This document shows positions 9,420 to 19,562 of a stretch of 64,000 nt of DNA, piece after piece. The stretch lies in the NCBI GenBank assembly GCA_965248695.1, contig CBDFKD010000002.1:5161691-5225690 (forward strand), given 5' to 3'. Numbering within the stretch: the stretch's first letter is position 1; every line of letters begins with the position of its first letter. The stretch is from Acidobacteriota bacterium (lineage in GTDB: Bacteria > Acidobacteriota > UBA890 > WLXD01). The position numbers were made by a program, and so were the translations under genes. The notes beneath the pieces were generated by a model. That model worked only from the letters and a program-made list of their open reading frames with translations. It ran no database searches and was not told where the DNA came from.

Positions 9420-10901
9420 TCAATCGCCCGTTTGGCCGAACGTCTCCATGTACCACTTCACGAACCGAGCCGGGCTCCCCTCGTGAGTGGCGTAGCGGCC
9501 AGCGCTGTAGCCGCCCGACTGGATACCGAGGTGGTTGTTGCCGGTAAGCCAGATGTCTTCCATCGTCGTGACGTGCCACAGCGCCTTGAGCTCGTCCGGA
9601 TCGTAGTCGCGCCCCTCGACCGCATCCGGATGCACGAGCCAGATGACCTCGTTGTCGGTTCGGTCGTGCGCACGCGGTGTGTATCGGGCGATCATGACGT
9701 GGTCGTCGTAGCCCTGCCAGTAACCGGTTTGCCAGCGGGTCGTGGCGATATCGGTCTCATGGGTCCACGCGATCCTGGTTGGCAGGAGAGGAGCGACGGG
9801 GTTGCCATCCATGGACCCAGTGACGAACCCCGGGTTGAGCTCGCCGTCAACGTCGCCATAGCCGCCCATGCCTGACGCCCGTCGTTCGGCCGCTGCCGGG
9901 ACCCACTCGTCGACCGCCGTCGCGTGGGCGGCCTTCTGTTCGTCGGTGCGCTCTTCGTCGTAGTTGTGCGCTTTCACCAAGGACCCGTGCGCTGGTCCGC
10001 AGTGGTAGCACTCGATGAAGTTCTCCGTCGCGAGCTTCCAGTTCGACTTCAGCGGGTAGTACTCGCGGGCCGCGACCTTGAGCTTGTCGAAGCGGTAAAT
10101 TTCGTTCAGCGCTCGCACACGAGTCACGGTCGATTCGAACTCGGGGGGCGAATCCGATCGAGATAGATTGATGAAGATCTGGCCAGCGGCGACGCGCACA
10201 TGGCAGGGGAGAAGTCCGTTGTCCGCCGGGTCGAAATCGTCCTGCATGCCATAGGCGTAGATCAGACTTCCTTCGGTGTCATACGTCCAGGCGTGGTACG
10301 GACAGCGGAACACCGGCGAGTTGCCGTTCTGGCCAAGCTGCTTCACTGACAAGCGTGGATCCTGCGGCCTCGTATCCGCGTCGTGGCGGCACACCCGTGA
10401 GCCGCGGTGCCGGCAGACATTGTGGAAGGCGCCGACACTTCCGGTCTGGCTACGAACGAGCAGGATGCTCTCCGAGCGCCCGAACTCGAAAACGAAGAAA
10501 TCGCCCGGGCTCGGAATGCGGCTCGCCTGGTCGACGTACTGCCAGAGATTCTCCGCCAGGAAAGCCTCCTCCACCGCATAGTGCTTCGGGTCCAGGTAGT
10601 ACTCGGCCGGAATCGTGGTGCCTTCTTTCCAGCCGTTGATGCCGGCGTTCTCGGGCACGGTTACTGCGAACCGTGGCGCACCCTTGCCACCGTAGCCCGG
10701 TGCTTCCGCCGGCAAGTCTTTGCGGGCAACCGCAACCGGCGAGCCGATCGCATTCGCTGTTGATGGCCCCTGTGGTGGCGCACCGAACAGGGAGTTGGGC
10801 AAAGCGATTGCCGCGGTCCCAGCGGCTACCGAGGACTTGGCGAACGTGCGGCGGCTTACGCGCTGTCCGCCGTTGACGTCGTGACTGTCCTCGTTGCTCA
10901 T
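9420..10901 (-). CDS. Rieske [2Fe-2S] non-heme iron oxygenase alpha subunit with Tat signal
   Basis: SRRTFAKSS twin-arginine motif. Rieske CRHRG...CPYHAW. Mononuclear iron motif ECYHCGPAH. Confidence 0.8.
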   Translation of the reverse strand: MSNEDSHDVNGGQRVSRRTFAKSSVAAGTAAIALPNSLFGAPPQGPSTANAIGSPVAVARKDLPAEAPGYGGKGAPRFAVTVPENAGINGWKEGTTIPAEYYLDPKHYAVEEAFLAENLWQYVDQASRIPSPGDFFVFEFGRSESILLVRSQTGSVGAFHNVCRHRGSRVCRHDADTRPQDPRLSVKQLGQNGNSPVFRCPYHAWTYDTEGSLIYAYGMQDDFDPADNGLLPCHVRVAAGQIFINLSRSDSPPEFESTVTRVRALNEIYRFDKLKVAAREYYPLKSNWKLATENFIECYHCGPAHGSLVKAHNYDEERTDEQKAAHATAVDEWVPAAAERRASGMGGYGDVDGELNPGFVTGSMDGNPVAPLLPTRIAWTHETDIATTRWQTGYWQGYDDHVMIARYTPRAHDRTDNEVIWLVHPDAVEGRDYDPDELKALWHVTTMEDIWLTGNNHLGIQSGGYSAGRYATHEGSPARFVKWYMETFGQTGD

Positions 10902-10965
10902 CTACTTCGCCTCTCGACTATTCGAACGTTGGTCGACTCGCGCTTTCGCGAACTCGCCGAGCTTC

Positions 10966-11011
10966 AACGAACGAAAACCGCGGGAGCCGACGAGCAGATC
11001 GGCTCCCGCGG
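10966..11011 (-). terminator. Rho-independent terminator downstream of the second Rieske gene
   Basis: 13-bp stem, 10978-10990 pairing with 10999-11011. On the minus strand it is followed by TTTTCGTTCGTT. Confidence 0.7.
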
Positions 11012-11036
11012 ATTCACTAGCCAACTGACAGAAAGC

Positions 11037-12557
11037 TCAATCGCCGGCCTGGACAATCTCCTTCATGTACCAGTTGATGAAGCTCGACGGCCCGCCCTCG
11101 CGCGTTCCATACCGGCCGCCGCTGTATGCGCCGGACTCGACGCCGTCGTGGTTGTTGTCGGTGATCCAGATATCCTCCTGGATCGTGACGTGCCACAGCC
11201 CCTTGACGTGTTCCGGGTCGTAGTCACGGCCCTCGACTGCGTCGGGGTGCACCAGCCAGACGATCTCGGCGTCAGTGAACTTCTCGTTGCGCGGCGTGAA
11301 CCGAACCACCATGACGTGATCGTCGTAGAACTGCCAGTATCCGGTCGACTCTCCGGTGGTCGCGATGATCGTACGGTGGTCGCCTTCCTTTCTGCCGGGC
11401 AGCCAAGGTGCAGCCTGCTTGCCGTCGATCGTGCCAGTGACAAACCCCGGGTTGAGCAGACCAGTGAGGTTCTCATACTGGGGCTCGCCGCCCATACCTC
11501 CTCCGCCCATGCCGGCATCTTCATCGTCGCGACGACGACGGCTGTCCTCCGGAACCCAGTCCGCCACGGCAGCAGCCTTTTCGTTCATCTGCTGGTCGCT
11601 GAGGTCGTGGTCCCAATTGTGCGTCGTCACCAGGGGTCGGTGGGCCGGGCCGCAGTGGTAGCACTCCTTGAAGTTCTCGAGCGCCAGCTTCCAGTTGGCG
11701 TTGATTGGGTAGGACTCGCGCGCCGCGACCTTGAGGTCTTTCAAGCTGTACTCGGGGGCCAGCCGCCTGAGGGCGGTAACTGCCGAATCGAAATCCGGCG
11801 GCGTGTCTGACTTCGACAGGTTGACGAAGATCTGGCCTTCGGTAACCCGCGTGTGGCACGGGAGCAAACCGTTGTCGGCCGGGTCGAAGTCGTCCTGCAT
11901 GCCGTAGGCGTAGATAAGGCTGCCCTCGGTGTCGTATGTCCAGGCGTGGTACGGGCAGCGGAACACGGGTGAGCTGCCGCTCTGGCCGAGCTGCTTGACC
12001 GACAGACGCGGATCGCTCGGCTTCGAGTCGGAGTCGTGACGGCACAATCGCGATCCGCGGTGACGACAGACGTTGTAGAACCCGCGCACCTCGTTGTCCT
12101 GGCCTCGAACGATCAGAATGCTCTCGGAGCGACCGAACTCGAAGACGTAGAAGTCGCCCGGGTTCGGAATGCGGCTCTCCTGGTCGGTGTACTGCCAGAA
12201 GTTCTCCCCGACGAATTTCTCGTCGGCTTCGAAATGCTTCGCCTCGATGTAGTACTCGGCGGGAATCGTCAGGCCCTCTTTCCAGCCGTTGACGCTCGCC
12301 TTCTTGGCCACCGGGCCGGTGAGCGGGGCTGCGCCCCGGCCGCCGTAGCCAATGTTCTCGTTGCGCGCTTCGACGCGCGCGGCGCGGCCATAGGTGGCCG
12401 TGGTTGCGGTCGTCGTTGCGGCCGTTGCCGGGGTAGCGCCGAAAAGCGATTTCGGGAGAGCGACGGCGGCGGTGCCCGCGGCAACCGAGGACTTGGCGAA
12501 CGTGCGGCGGCTTACGCGCGGCCCGCCGTTCTTGTCGTGGTCGTCCTTCTTGCTCAT
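11037..12557 (-). CDS. Rieske [2Fe-2S] non-heme iron oxygenase alpha subunit with Tat signal (paralog)
   Basis: Start chosen at the ATG at 12557 (MSKKDDHD), 6 nt after AGGAGA. Carries SRRTFAKSS, CRHRG...CPYHAW and ECYHCGPAH. Confidence 0.8.
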   Translation of the reverse strand: MSKKDDHDKNGGPRVSRRTFAKSSVAAGTAAVALPKSLFGATPATAATTTATTATYGRAARVEARNENIGYGGRGAAPLTGPVAKKASVNGWKEGLTIPAEYYIEAKHFEADEKFVGENFWQYTDQESRIPNPGDFYVFEFGRSESILIVRGQDNEVRGFYNVCRHRGSRLCRHDSDSKPSDPRLSVKQLGQSGSSPVFRCPYHAWTYDTEGSLIYAYGMQDDFDPADNGLLPCHTRVTEGQIFVNLSKSDTPPDFDSAVTALRRLAPEYSLKDLKVAARESYPINANWKLALENFKECYHCGPAHRPLVTTHNWDHDLSDQQMNEKAAAVADWVPEDSRRRRDDEDAGMGGGGMGGEPQYENLTGLLNPGFVTGTIDGKQAAPWLPGRKEGDHRTIIATTGESTGYWQFYDDHVMVVRFTPRNEKFTDAEIVWLVHPDAVEGRDYDPEHVKGLWHVTIQEDIWITDNNHDGVESGAYSGGRYGTREGGPSSFINWYMKEIVQAGD

Positions 12558-12816
12558 TTGCGTTCTCCTGGGCCGCGGCAGCGGTGATCGGTCTGGAAGT
12601 CCAGAAGTTCTCCCTCGGCGCCTGGTGCCCGGAAGCGGCACTCACCCCACTTACGCACGCGCAGAGAACCTACTTTCACTTGTCTAGGTACTACGGTTGC
12701 GGCCGCACTACAACTGGCCGGGCGCCGACCTCCGTATCTTTATCCGGAGCCGGAGCCGCAGCACCTCCTGCTGCATCTATCATCCTTCCATGCCGGTGAA
12801 CGGTCGACCGTACCCC

Positions 12817-14630
12817 TCAGGTACGTTCCGCCCAGGGGTATTGGAACTCGGGACGAATCACGTCGGTCAGCAGCTCCTGCACGGCGCGGTGTGCCTGCTC
12901 GAAGGCCGCCTGGGTTAGCGAGATGGCTGCGGCGTCCGAGTTGGCGATCGTGATGCGCCCGAAACGCTGTCGCCCAACGACCCATGGCGCCTCGTCATAA
13001 CCCCAGTCGGGGTCATACAGGTCATTGGCGCCGCCCGCATAGCCATGCGGCCAGCGGTTGACGGTGATCCCGGCAATGTCGCGCGCCGGGTCGAACCCGC
13101 CGTCGCCGAGCGCCCGGCCGAGCTGGTCGCGGATGCTGCGCTCGAAGGTCTCGAAGCTTGTCGCCTGAAGCTCCTCGCGTCCAGCGCGAAACTGATCTCG
13201 CGCCGACAGTCCGGGCCGAATGGGAAGGCGCTGCAGCCACAACAGGATGGGCTCGTCGGGAGAGGCGGAATGGCGGTAGTCCCCGACGTTGACGCCCCAG
13301 TCCAGATCGATGAACTCGTGGAACCCACCCGGGCTGTGGATGGCACCGACACCCAGGTTGGCAAACGCCGTCCAGTTCTCGATCGCAACCTGCGTGTAGA
13401 CGTACGGCTTCCGTACCGCCAGCTTCAGGGCCTCCTTCTGTGCCTCCGGAACCTCCGGACACAGGTACGGAATCATTGCGTTGTAGCAGGCCATTACGCA
13501 GCTGCCGCCGCCGACGCGGACCGCCCGCCCGTTCTGCACGTAGGTCACCGCGACCTCGTTGGCTGCGCGTCGCTCGCCCGCGTGGCGCGCACTCACCACC
13601 GTGCTGTTGAGACGGATGCGTACCGGATTGCCGGCCTTGTCCAGCTGCGAGTAACGGATCGGCGTGGTTACCGAATCCTCCATCGTCGTCCCCGGCAGCG
13701 CCGCCGGAATGAGCCAACGGACCATTAGCCGCGCGATGCTGGCATTGCCGTCCGGGAAGTGAATTCCCTGGAATGGGTTGTCGCCCGGGGCAGCGTTGCG
13801 CGCCGGACGTTCGAGACCCTCATCTTTCGCAGTCGGGCGATCTTCTCCTCGTCGCTCAACTCCGGTAAATAGTCGCGGTTCTCGGTATAGAGCTGCAGGA
13901 TGCCCGCCTTGGCGGCTTCCGATAGGGGTGTTTGGGCAAGGAAGTCGGTCCAGCGACGGCGCGCCTGGGCACCGCGTGCCCGCCTTGGCTCGCCGACGAC
14001 CAGGCGGTCTGTGCCGAAGGTCTCGCGGTCGAAGAACACGCCGCCGCGCAGACCCATCTCACTGTAGAGGTCGTTCGCCGAGCCGCCAGGGAAGCGCTCC
14101 GCGCTCACGCCGATATCCTCGAGGAGATCCTTGGCCTCCGCCGGATAGTACCCGGTGATGAATTGGGTGCCGCCGTAGCCGATCAACTGCCGGTCGCCGA
14201 CGGTGAACTCGACGCGTTTGGCATGCCCACCGAAGTCGTCATGATTGTCGAGAACGAGCACCCGGGCTTCGGGGAGCGCCTTGCGAAAGTAGTAGGCGGC
14301 GGCAAGGCCACTGAGCCCGGCGCCGACCACCACCAGGTCGTACTGCTCGCCCGATTCCTCTGCCTCGTTCCAGGTCTTGCCGTAGCGCATCTCGTGCGCC
14401 ACCTCGAAGGAACCGTCGTGGCTGCCGCGCATGCCGGTGAGCCTCGGCGGGTAGTAGCTTTCCGGGTCCTGTGTGGGCGTCGCATGGCTGCCTGGGGGCT
14501 GGCCGGTAGGCACGGTGGCGGAGGCTCCAATCGCTGCTGCCGAGCCTCCAACGGCGACGCTGCTGCCGTTAAGGAAATCCCTTCGAGTGATTCGGCGGTC
14601 CATACCAAGCTGCTTGTCAGTCCTTTTCAC
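12817..14630 (-). pseudogene. SpdH-like Tat oxidoreductase paralog with internal out-of-frame deletion
   Basis: Two ORFs (13725-14630 and 12817-13725) are colinear with the 664-aa paralog. About 55 residues are missing after RLRKM, and the frame changes at about 13800. Confidence 0.75.
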
Positions 14631-14778
14631 GGTCGAGTCCCCTTCTCCAGTTTTCGATCGGATACGGCTCGGTATGGACTTCCTGCGCCGGGATACTGGA
14701 CTTCTTGCGCCAGATTGGAAACCCTGTACGGCACTCAGCGAGTTTCTTTGCGCGGTCCCACCGGTGAGGAGGTACGAG

Positions 14779-15288
14779 ATGCGGCAGGTTCAAGGAATGG
14801 GGAAGCTCATAGTGGTCATGGTCGCGGCGGTGTTTGTCGTTGCTTGCGGCGACAGCGAGCCAGCACCGGAGCCGGAGCCAGAGCCCGAAGCGGCAATGCC
14901 GACCGCTGAGGACGAAGTGCGTGAACGGATGATGGAGTTTGTCGGCGCGTATGGCTCCAACGATGTGGAGGGCTACATCGGCTCGTTCGCGGCCGATGGG
15001 ACGCAGTGGTGGCCGGGTCGACGGGTGACGCGCGCCGAGTACCACGATCTGTGGAGCGGCGTTGTCGGCGGCGGCGGTGGTCTGACGGAAGCCAACATAA
15101 GCGATCTACAGATCCACACATCGCCCGGCGGCGACGGCGCGGTGGCATCGTACCTGCTGAAGGTGAAGCGCATCTCGGACGATCCCGAAAGCGTGGATGC
15201 CACTTACCAGATGTCGGCGACTTGGTTTAAGCGCGACGGAAAGTGGGAGATCATTCATTTCCACTGGAACCCTGTTACCAGCGGCTAG
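14779..15288 (+). CDS. NTF2-like (SnoaL/DUF4440-type) lipoprotein
   Basis: ATG at 14779, 6 nt after GAGGAGG. Signal with lipobox VVAC. C-terminal WEIIHFHW is typical of the fold. Confidence 0.5.
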   Translation: MRQVQGMGKLIVVMVAAVFVVACGDSEPAPEPEPEPEAAMPTAEDEVRERMMEFVGAYGSNDVEGYIGSFAADGTQWWPGRRVTRAEYHDLWSGVVGGGGGLTEANISDLQIHTSPGGDGAVASYLLKVKRISDDPESVDATYQMSATWFKRDGKWEIIHFHWNPVTSG

Positions 15289-15303
15289 CAGCTCAGGGAG
15301 ACG

Positions 15304-15795
15304 TTGATCGAGATGCGACAAGCAATCGGACGATCTTTGCTGGTAGCGGTCGGCGCGATGGCCATGTTTGCTGCTTCCGCAGCGACCGCGCAGGAGCCTG
15401 AGGTTCTCGAGCAGGAAGTGCGCGATGCTGTCGAGCAGCTCACCGCCACCTACGCTGCGAACGACATCGACGGCTACTTCGCGCTCTACGCACCCGAGCT
15501 CACCTGGTGGGGGCCGAACGGCAGGTGGGACAAGGGGTCCTATCTGGCGTACTGGACCGAGTACATCGAATCTACCGGCGGCCTTGCCTCGGCAGAGAAC
15601 ACCGATGTACAGGTCGCGGTGTCGCCGAGCGGGGATCTGGCGTCAGCGTCGTACCTGCTATCGGTCACACGGGCCAACCCCGGGGATGCGCCCCCGGCGG
15701 TGACCTACCAGATGTCGCCGACCCTGGTGAAACGCAGTGGCAGCTGGACGATCGTCCATCTCCACTTCCAGGTGGTGCCGGAGCCTGAGGAGTAG
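15304..15795 (+). CDS. NTF2-like (SnoaL/DUF4440-type) secreted protein
   Basis: Signal peptide ending AATAQE. Paralogous to the previous gene (WTIVHLHF). The start could instead be the ATG at 15313. Confidence 0.5.
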   Translation: MIEMRQAIGRSLLVAVGAMAMFAASAATAQEPEVLEQEVRDAVEQLTATYAANDIDGYFALYAPELTWWGPNGRWDKGSYLAYWTEYIESTGGLASAENTDVQVAVSPSGDLASASYLLSVTRANPGDAPPAVTYQMSPTLVKRSGSWTIVHLHFQVVPEPEE

Positions 15796-15845
15796 ACAGA
15801 CAGGTCGCGCCGGCGGTCCGGTGGCGCAAGGGGGAAAGGCAGGCA

Positions 15846-17801
15846 GTGTCCAATCTGCAGCGGCTCATCGGCTGTGGTGTCGTGCTGGCGATGGTCGGCG
15901 GAGGGCCAATCGCCCTGCACGCCGAAGACGATCGTCCTCCCGGCGAATGGCCGTACTTCGGCGGCGACAAGGCGTTCACGCGCTACTCGGCCCTGGCGCA
16001 GATAAACAGCGACAATGTCGCCGACCTGCAGGTGGTCTGGCGTCGCCCGGCGGTCGACCAGGCGTTTCGGGATGCCTACTCGGAGGTACGCATCCCGGGC
16101 TACTTCCGGTCGACGCCGATCATGCTGGAGGGACTGCTGTTCGCACCCAACGGCGTCGGTCTACTGCGGGCGCTGAACCCGGCGACCGGCGAGACGGTCT
16201 GGGAGCAGGAGCCGTTCGCGCCGACGGTCGGTGAGGCGCGCGGCCGAAGCCCGCGCGGCATCGACACCTGGACCGACGGGACGGATCGGCGGCTGTTCTT
16301 GGTACGCAACGGCCATCTGTACGCCCTCAACGCGCGTACCGGAGAGCCGTACGCCGACTTCGGTGTTCGGGGACGTCTCGATCTGAGCTTCGCTGAGCAG
16401 CGCGCCGGCAGTTTCCGCTGGTCCGCCGGTCCCATCGTCGTGGGCGACGTCATCGTCATTGCCGGAATCACCGGCGGCGCTGGGGACGGCGGCAACCGCA
16501 AGGAGGCCGTGCCGGAGGACGTGCGCGGTTACTCGGTTCGCACGGGCGAGCTGCTGTGGACGTTCAACGTGGTTCCGAAGCCCGGTCAATTCGGCAACGA
16601 CACCTGGGGCGAGGATTCCTGGAAGTCATCCGGCGATCTGGGCTCGTGGTGCTGCGTGACCGCCGACGAGGATCTGGGCTACGTGTATATCCCGCTGACG
16701 GCGCCAACCGCGGCGTACTACGGGGGGCACCGGCCGGGCGACAACCTGTACTCCAATTCATTGGTCGTACTCGACGCCAAGACCGGCAAGCGGGCGTGGC
16801 ATTTCCAGATGGTGCATCACGATGTGTGGGAGTACGACACGGTAGGCCCGGCGACGCTGGGCGAGATCACCGTTGATGGCCGGCGGATCAAAGCCGTGAT
16901 GCAGCCCAGCAAGACGGGTTTTCTGTATGTTTTCGACCGTGCGACAGGGGAGCCTGTGTGGCCGATCGAGGAGCGCCCGGTGCCGCAGTCGAACGTCCCT
17001 GGCGAGCGCCTGTCGCCGACGCAGCCGTTCCCGACCAAGCCCCCGCCGTTCGACATGCAGGGCTTCTCCGAGGACGACCTGATCGACTTCACGCCGGAGC
17101 TCCGGGCGCGAGCGCTCGAGCTCGTGGAGCCGTTCCTGCTGGGCCCGATGTTTACCCCGCCATCTGCGACTGCGGACGATTCGGATGGCAAGCAGGGCAC
17201 GCTGATCAGTCCGGGGGCCTGGGGTTCGGGCAACTGGAATACCGGGGCCTTCGATCCCGAGACCGGGTTCTACTACGCCGTTTCGCACACGATGCCAAAC
17301 GTCTATCCGCTGTCCAGCCCCGACGATCCGGAGGCCACGATCGATTACGAGTGGGGTGATGGGCCCGGCGTCCCGACCATCGATGGGTTGCCGATCTTCA
17401 AGCCCCCGTATGGCCGCATCACGGCCTACGACATGAATCGCGGCGAGCAGGTCTGGATGGTGGCCAACGGTGATGGTCCGCGTGACCATCCACTGCTCGA
17501 GGGGCTCGACGTTCCGCCGCTCGGCATGCTCGGCCGGCCGGCGCCGTTACTTACCAAGAGCTTGCTGTTCCTCGGTGAGAGCAGCGATGCCATCCTCGGT
17601 ATCAGCGTCAACGGCAACAAGTTCCGCGCCTACGACAAGGCCGACGGCAACGTCCTGTGGGAGACGGAGTTGCCCGCCGGCGTCACCGGCGCCCCGATCA
17701 CGTATCTGTACGAGGGCCGGCAGTACATCGTCGTCGCCGTCGGCGGCAACGACGATCCGGCCGAGTGGGTGGCCTTCGCGCTGGACGGGACGACGGATTG
17801 A
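15846..17801 (+). CDS. PQQ-dependent dehydrogenase (quinoprotein beta-propeller)
   Basis: N-terminal WPYFGGDKAFTRYSALAQIN signature, signal peptide, 651 aa. Confidence 0.75.
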   Translation: MSNLQRLIGCGVVLAMVGGGPIALHAEDDRPPGEWPYFGGDKAFTRYSALAQINSDNVADLQVVWRRPAVDQAFRDAYSEVRIPGYFRSTPIMLEGLLFAPNGVGLLRALNPATGETVWEQEPFAPTVGEARGRSPRGIDTWTDGTDRRLFLVRNGHLYALNARTGEPYADFGVRGRLDLSFAEQRAGSFRWSAGPIVVGDVIVIAGITGGAGDGGNRKEAVPEDVRGYSVRTGELLWTFNVVPKPGQFGNDTWGEDSWKSSGDLGSWCCVTADEDLGYVYIPLTAPTAAYYGGHRPGDNLYSNSLVVLDAKTGKRAWHFQMVHHDVWEYDTVGPATLGEITVDGRRIKAVMQPSKTGFLYVFDRATGEPVWPIEERPVPQSNVPGERLSPTQPFPTKPPPFDMQGFSEDDLIDFTPELRARALELVEPFLLGPMFTPPSATADDSDGKQGTLISPGAWGSGNWNTGAFDPETGFYYAVSHTMPNVYPLSSPDDPEATIDYEWGDGPGVPTIDGLPIFKPPYGRITAYDMNRGEQVWMVANGDGPRDHPLLEGLDVPPLGMLGRPAPLLTKSLLFLGESSDAILGISVNGNKFRAYDKADGNVLWETELPAGVTGAPITYLYEGRQYIVVAVGGNDDPAEWVAFALDGTTD

Positions 17802-18811
17802 CCGCGACAATCGAGCCCCTCCGCATCGGCTTCATCGGTGCCGGCGCAATGGCCACCTGGCAGGTGTACCCGTCGCTACACTTCGCGCCCATTCACCTGC
17901 AGGCGGTTTGCGATCGCGACGAGGCATTGGCCCGTGACACGGCCGGCAAGTTCGGACCGGGGCGCTGGTACACCGACTACCGGGAGATGTGGGCGAGCGA
18001 GGATCTCGAGGCGGTGATCGTTCAGATGCACCCGAAGCCGCGCCAGAAGATCGTGCTGGAGGCTCTCGAGGCCGGCTATCACGTCTTCATTCCGAAGCCG
18101 CCGGCCGCTTCATTGGTGGCAACGGAAGAGCTGGCCGCGGCGGCGCGCCAGGCGCGGCGGACGCTGATGGTCAACTTCCAGCGACGCTTCTGCTTCGGGG
18201 TTCGAAAGGCGCGAGAGATCATGGCGACCGAGTCGTTCGGTGCGATGAGCCAGTTCTTCGGCTCCTTTTGCTGCGGCATCTTCGATCCGGTCCGTGGCCG
18301 CGACTACGAAGACCCGATCCATGCGTACGTGCTCGATTTCGCGCCACACTATCTGGATATAGCCCGGTATATCGGTGGCGAGGTGCAGCAGCTGTCGCTG
18401 TTCCATCAGACGGCCGGTGAGGGCGTCGCGCTGGCCGTTGCCGTGGAGTTCGCAAGCGGTGCGGTCGGGACGCTGCAGCTCAACAGCCAGCGGCTATGGT
18501 GGCGTAACTACGACCGCATCGAGATCACCGGGCAGAGCGAGTACCTCGTTCTCGATGACCTGTGGTCGGTGAAGCACTACGGTCAAGAGCAGAATACCTT
18601 CACCGAGAACTGGAGTGATGAGCGGAGCGGCGAGCTCACCGGCGACGGTCCGTGTCTGAGCGAGTGGGTCAACGCCATCCGCGAGGATCGCGAGCCAGTT
18701 GGCAGCATCGCAGACGCGGTCCGGACCATGCGCTTGTATCAGGCAGTCTGGGACGCGGTCAGAGAAGGACGTTCGGGGGTCGTGTTCGATCGACGGACTG
18801 CTGCCGGCTGA
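17798..18811 (+). CDS. Gfo/Idh/MocA family oxidoreductase
   Basis: TTG start overlaps the upstream stop (TTGA). Rossmann motif RIGFIGAGAMA sits directly at the N-terminus. Confidence 0.6.
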   Translation: MTATIEPLRIGFIGAGAMATWQVYPSLHFAPIHLQAVCDRDEALARDTAGKFGPGRWYTDYREMWASEDLEAVIVQMHPKPRQKIVLEALEAGYHVFIPKPPAASLVATEELAAAARQARRTLMVNFQRRFCFGVRKAREIMATESFGAMSQFFGSFCCGIFDPVRGRDYEDPIHAYVLDFAPHYLDIARYIGGEVQQLSLFHQTAGEGVALAVAVEFASGAVGTLQLNSQRLWWRNYDRIEITGQSEYLVLDDLWSVKHYGQEQNTFTENWSDERSGELTGDGPCLSEWVNAIREDREPVGSIADAVRTMRLYQAVWDAVREGRSGVVFDRRTAAG

Positions 18812-18815
18812 GCCT

Positions 18816-19559
18816 ATGATTGCTCTCGATCGGGTGACGAAGCGGTTCGACTCGGTTGTAGCGATCGACGACCTTTCTTGTGAGTTCCGACGAGGTCAGA
18901 CGCACGTCCTTCTGGGCTCCAGCGGATGCGGGAAATCGACCATCCTCCGCCTCGTGCTCGGCCTGGTATCGGCCGACAGCGGCTCCGTAATGGTCGATGG
19001 ACGTCTGATGGACGCCGCCAGTAGAACCGAGATCCTCGCTGCGATGGGCTACGTCGTACAGGAAGGGGGACTCTACCCACACCTCGATGCCCGCGGCAAC
19101 GTGTCGTTGGCCGCCGAGGCTCGTGGTTGGCCGGCCGATCGAATAGCGCAGAGGATCCAGGATCTGGTGGCACTGGTCGGGTTTGACGCGTCGATCATGC
19201 GTAAGTATCCGCATGAGCTCAGCGGTGGTCAGCGGCAGCGGGTGGGCCTCATGCGCGCCCTGATGTTGGATCCACCGATCCTGCTTCTCGACGAGCCGCT
19301 GGGGGCACTCGATCCGCTCGTGCGCGACGGGCTGCAGGTGCAGCTACGAGAGATCTTTCGCGCCCTCGGCAAGACCGTGCTCCTGGTCACTCATGACATT
19401 CGCGAGGCGGCGATGCTGGGCCAAACCGTCAGCCTGATGACCGAGGGTCGCATGGTTCAGCACGGAGCGTTTCTCGATCTCGCAACGAATCCGGCCAACG
19501 AATTTGTCCGTGCGTTCTTTCAGGCTCAGAAGCCACCACCTCAAATGCGGGGGCTCTGA
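18816..19559 (+). CDS. ABC transporter ATP-binding protein (osmoprotectant/glycine betaine type)
   Basis: Walker A GSSGCGKST, signature LSGGQRQRV, Walker B LLLDEP. Confidence 0.8.
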   Translation: MIALDRVTKRFDSVVAIDDLSCEFRRGQTHVLLGSSGCGKSTILRLVLGLVSADSGSVMVDGRLMDAASRTEILAAMGYVVQEGGLYPHLDARGNVSLAAEARGWPADRIAQRIQDLVALVGFDASIMRKYPHELSGGQRQRVGLMRALMLDPPILLLDEPLGALDPLVRDGLQVQLREIFRALGKTVLLVTHDIREAAMLGQTVSLMTEGRMVQHGAFLDLATNPANEFVRAFFQAQKPPPQMRGL

Positions 19560-19562
19560 CCG

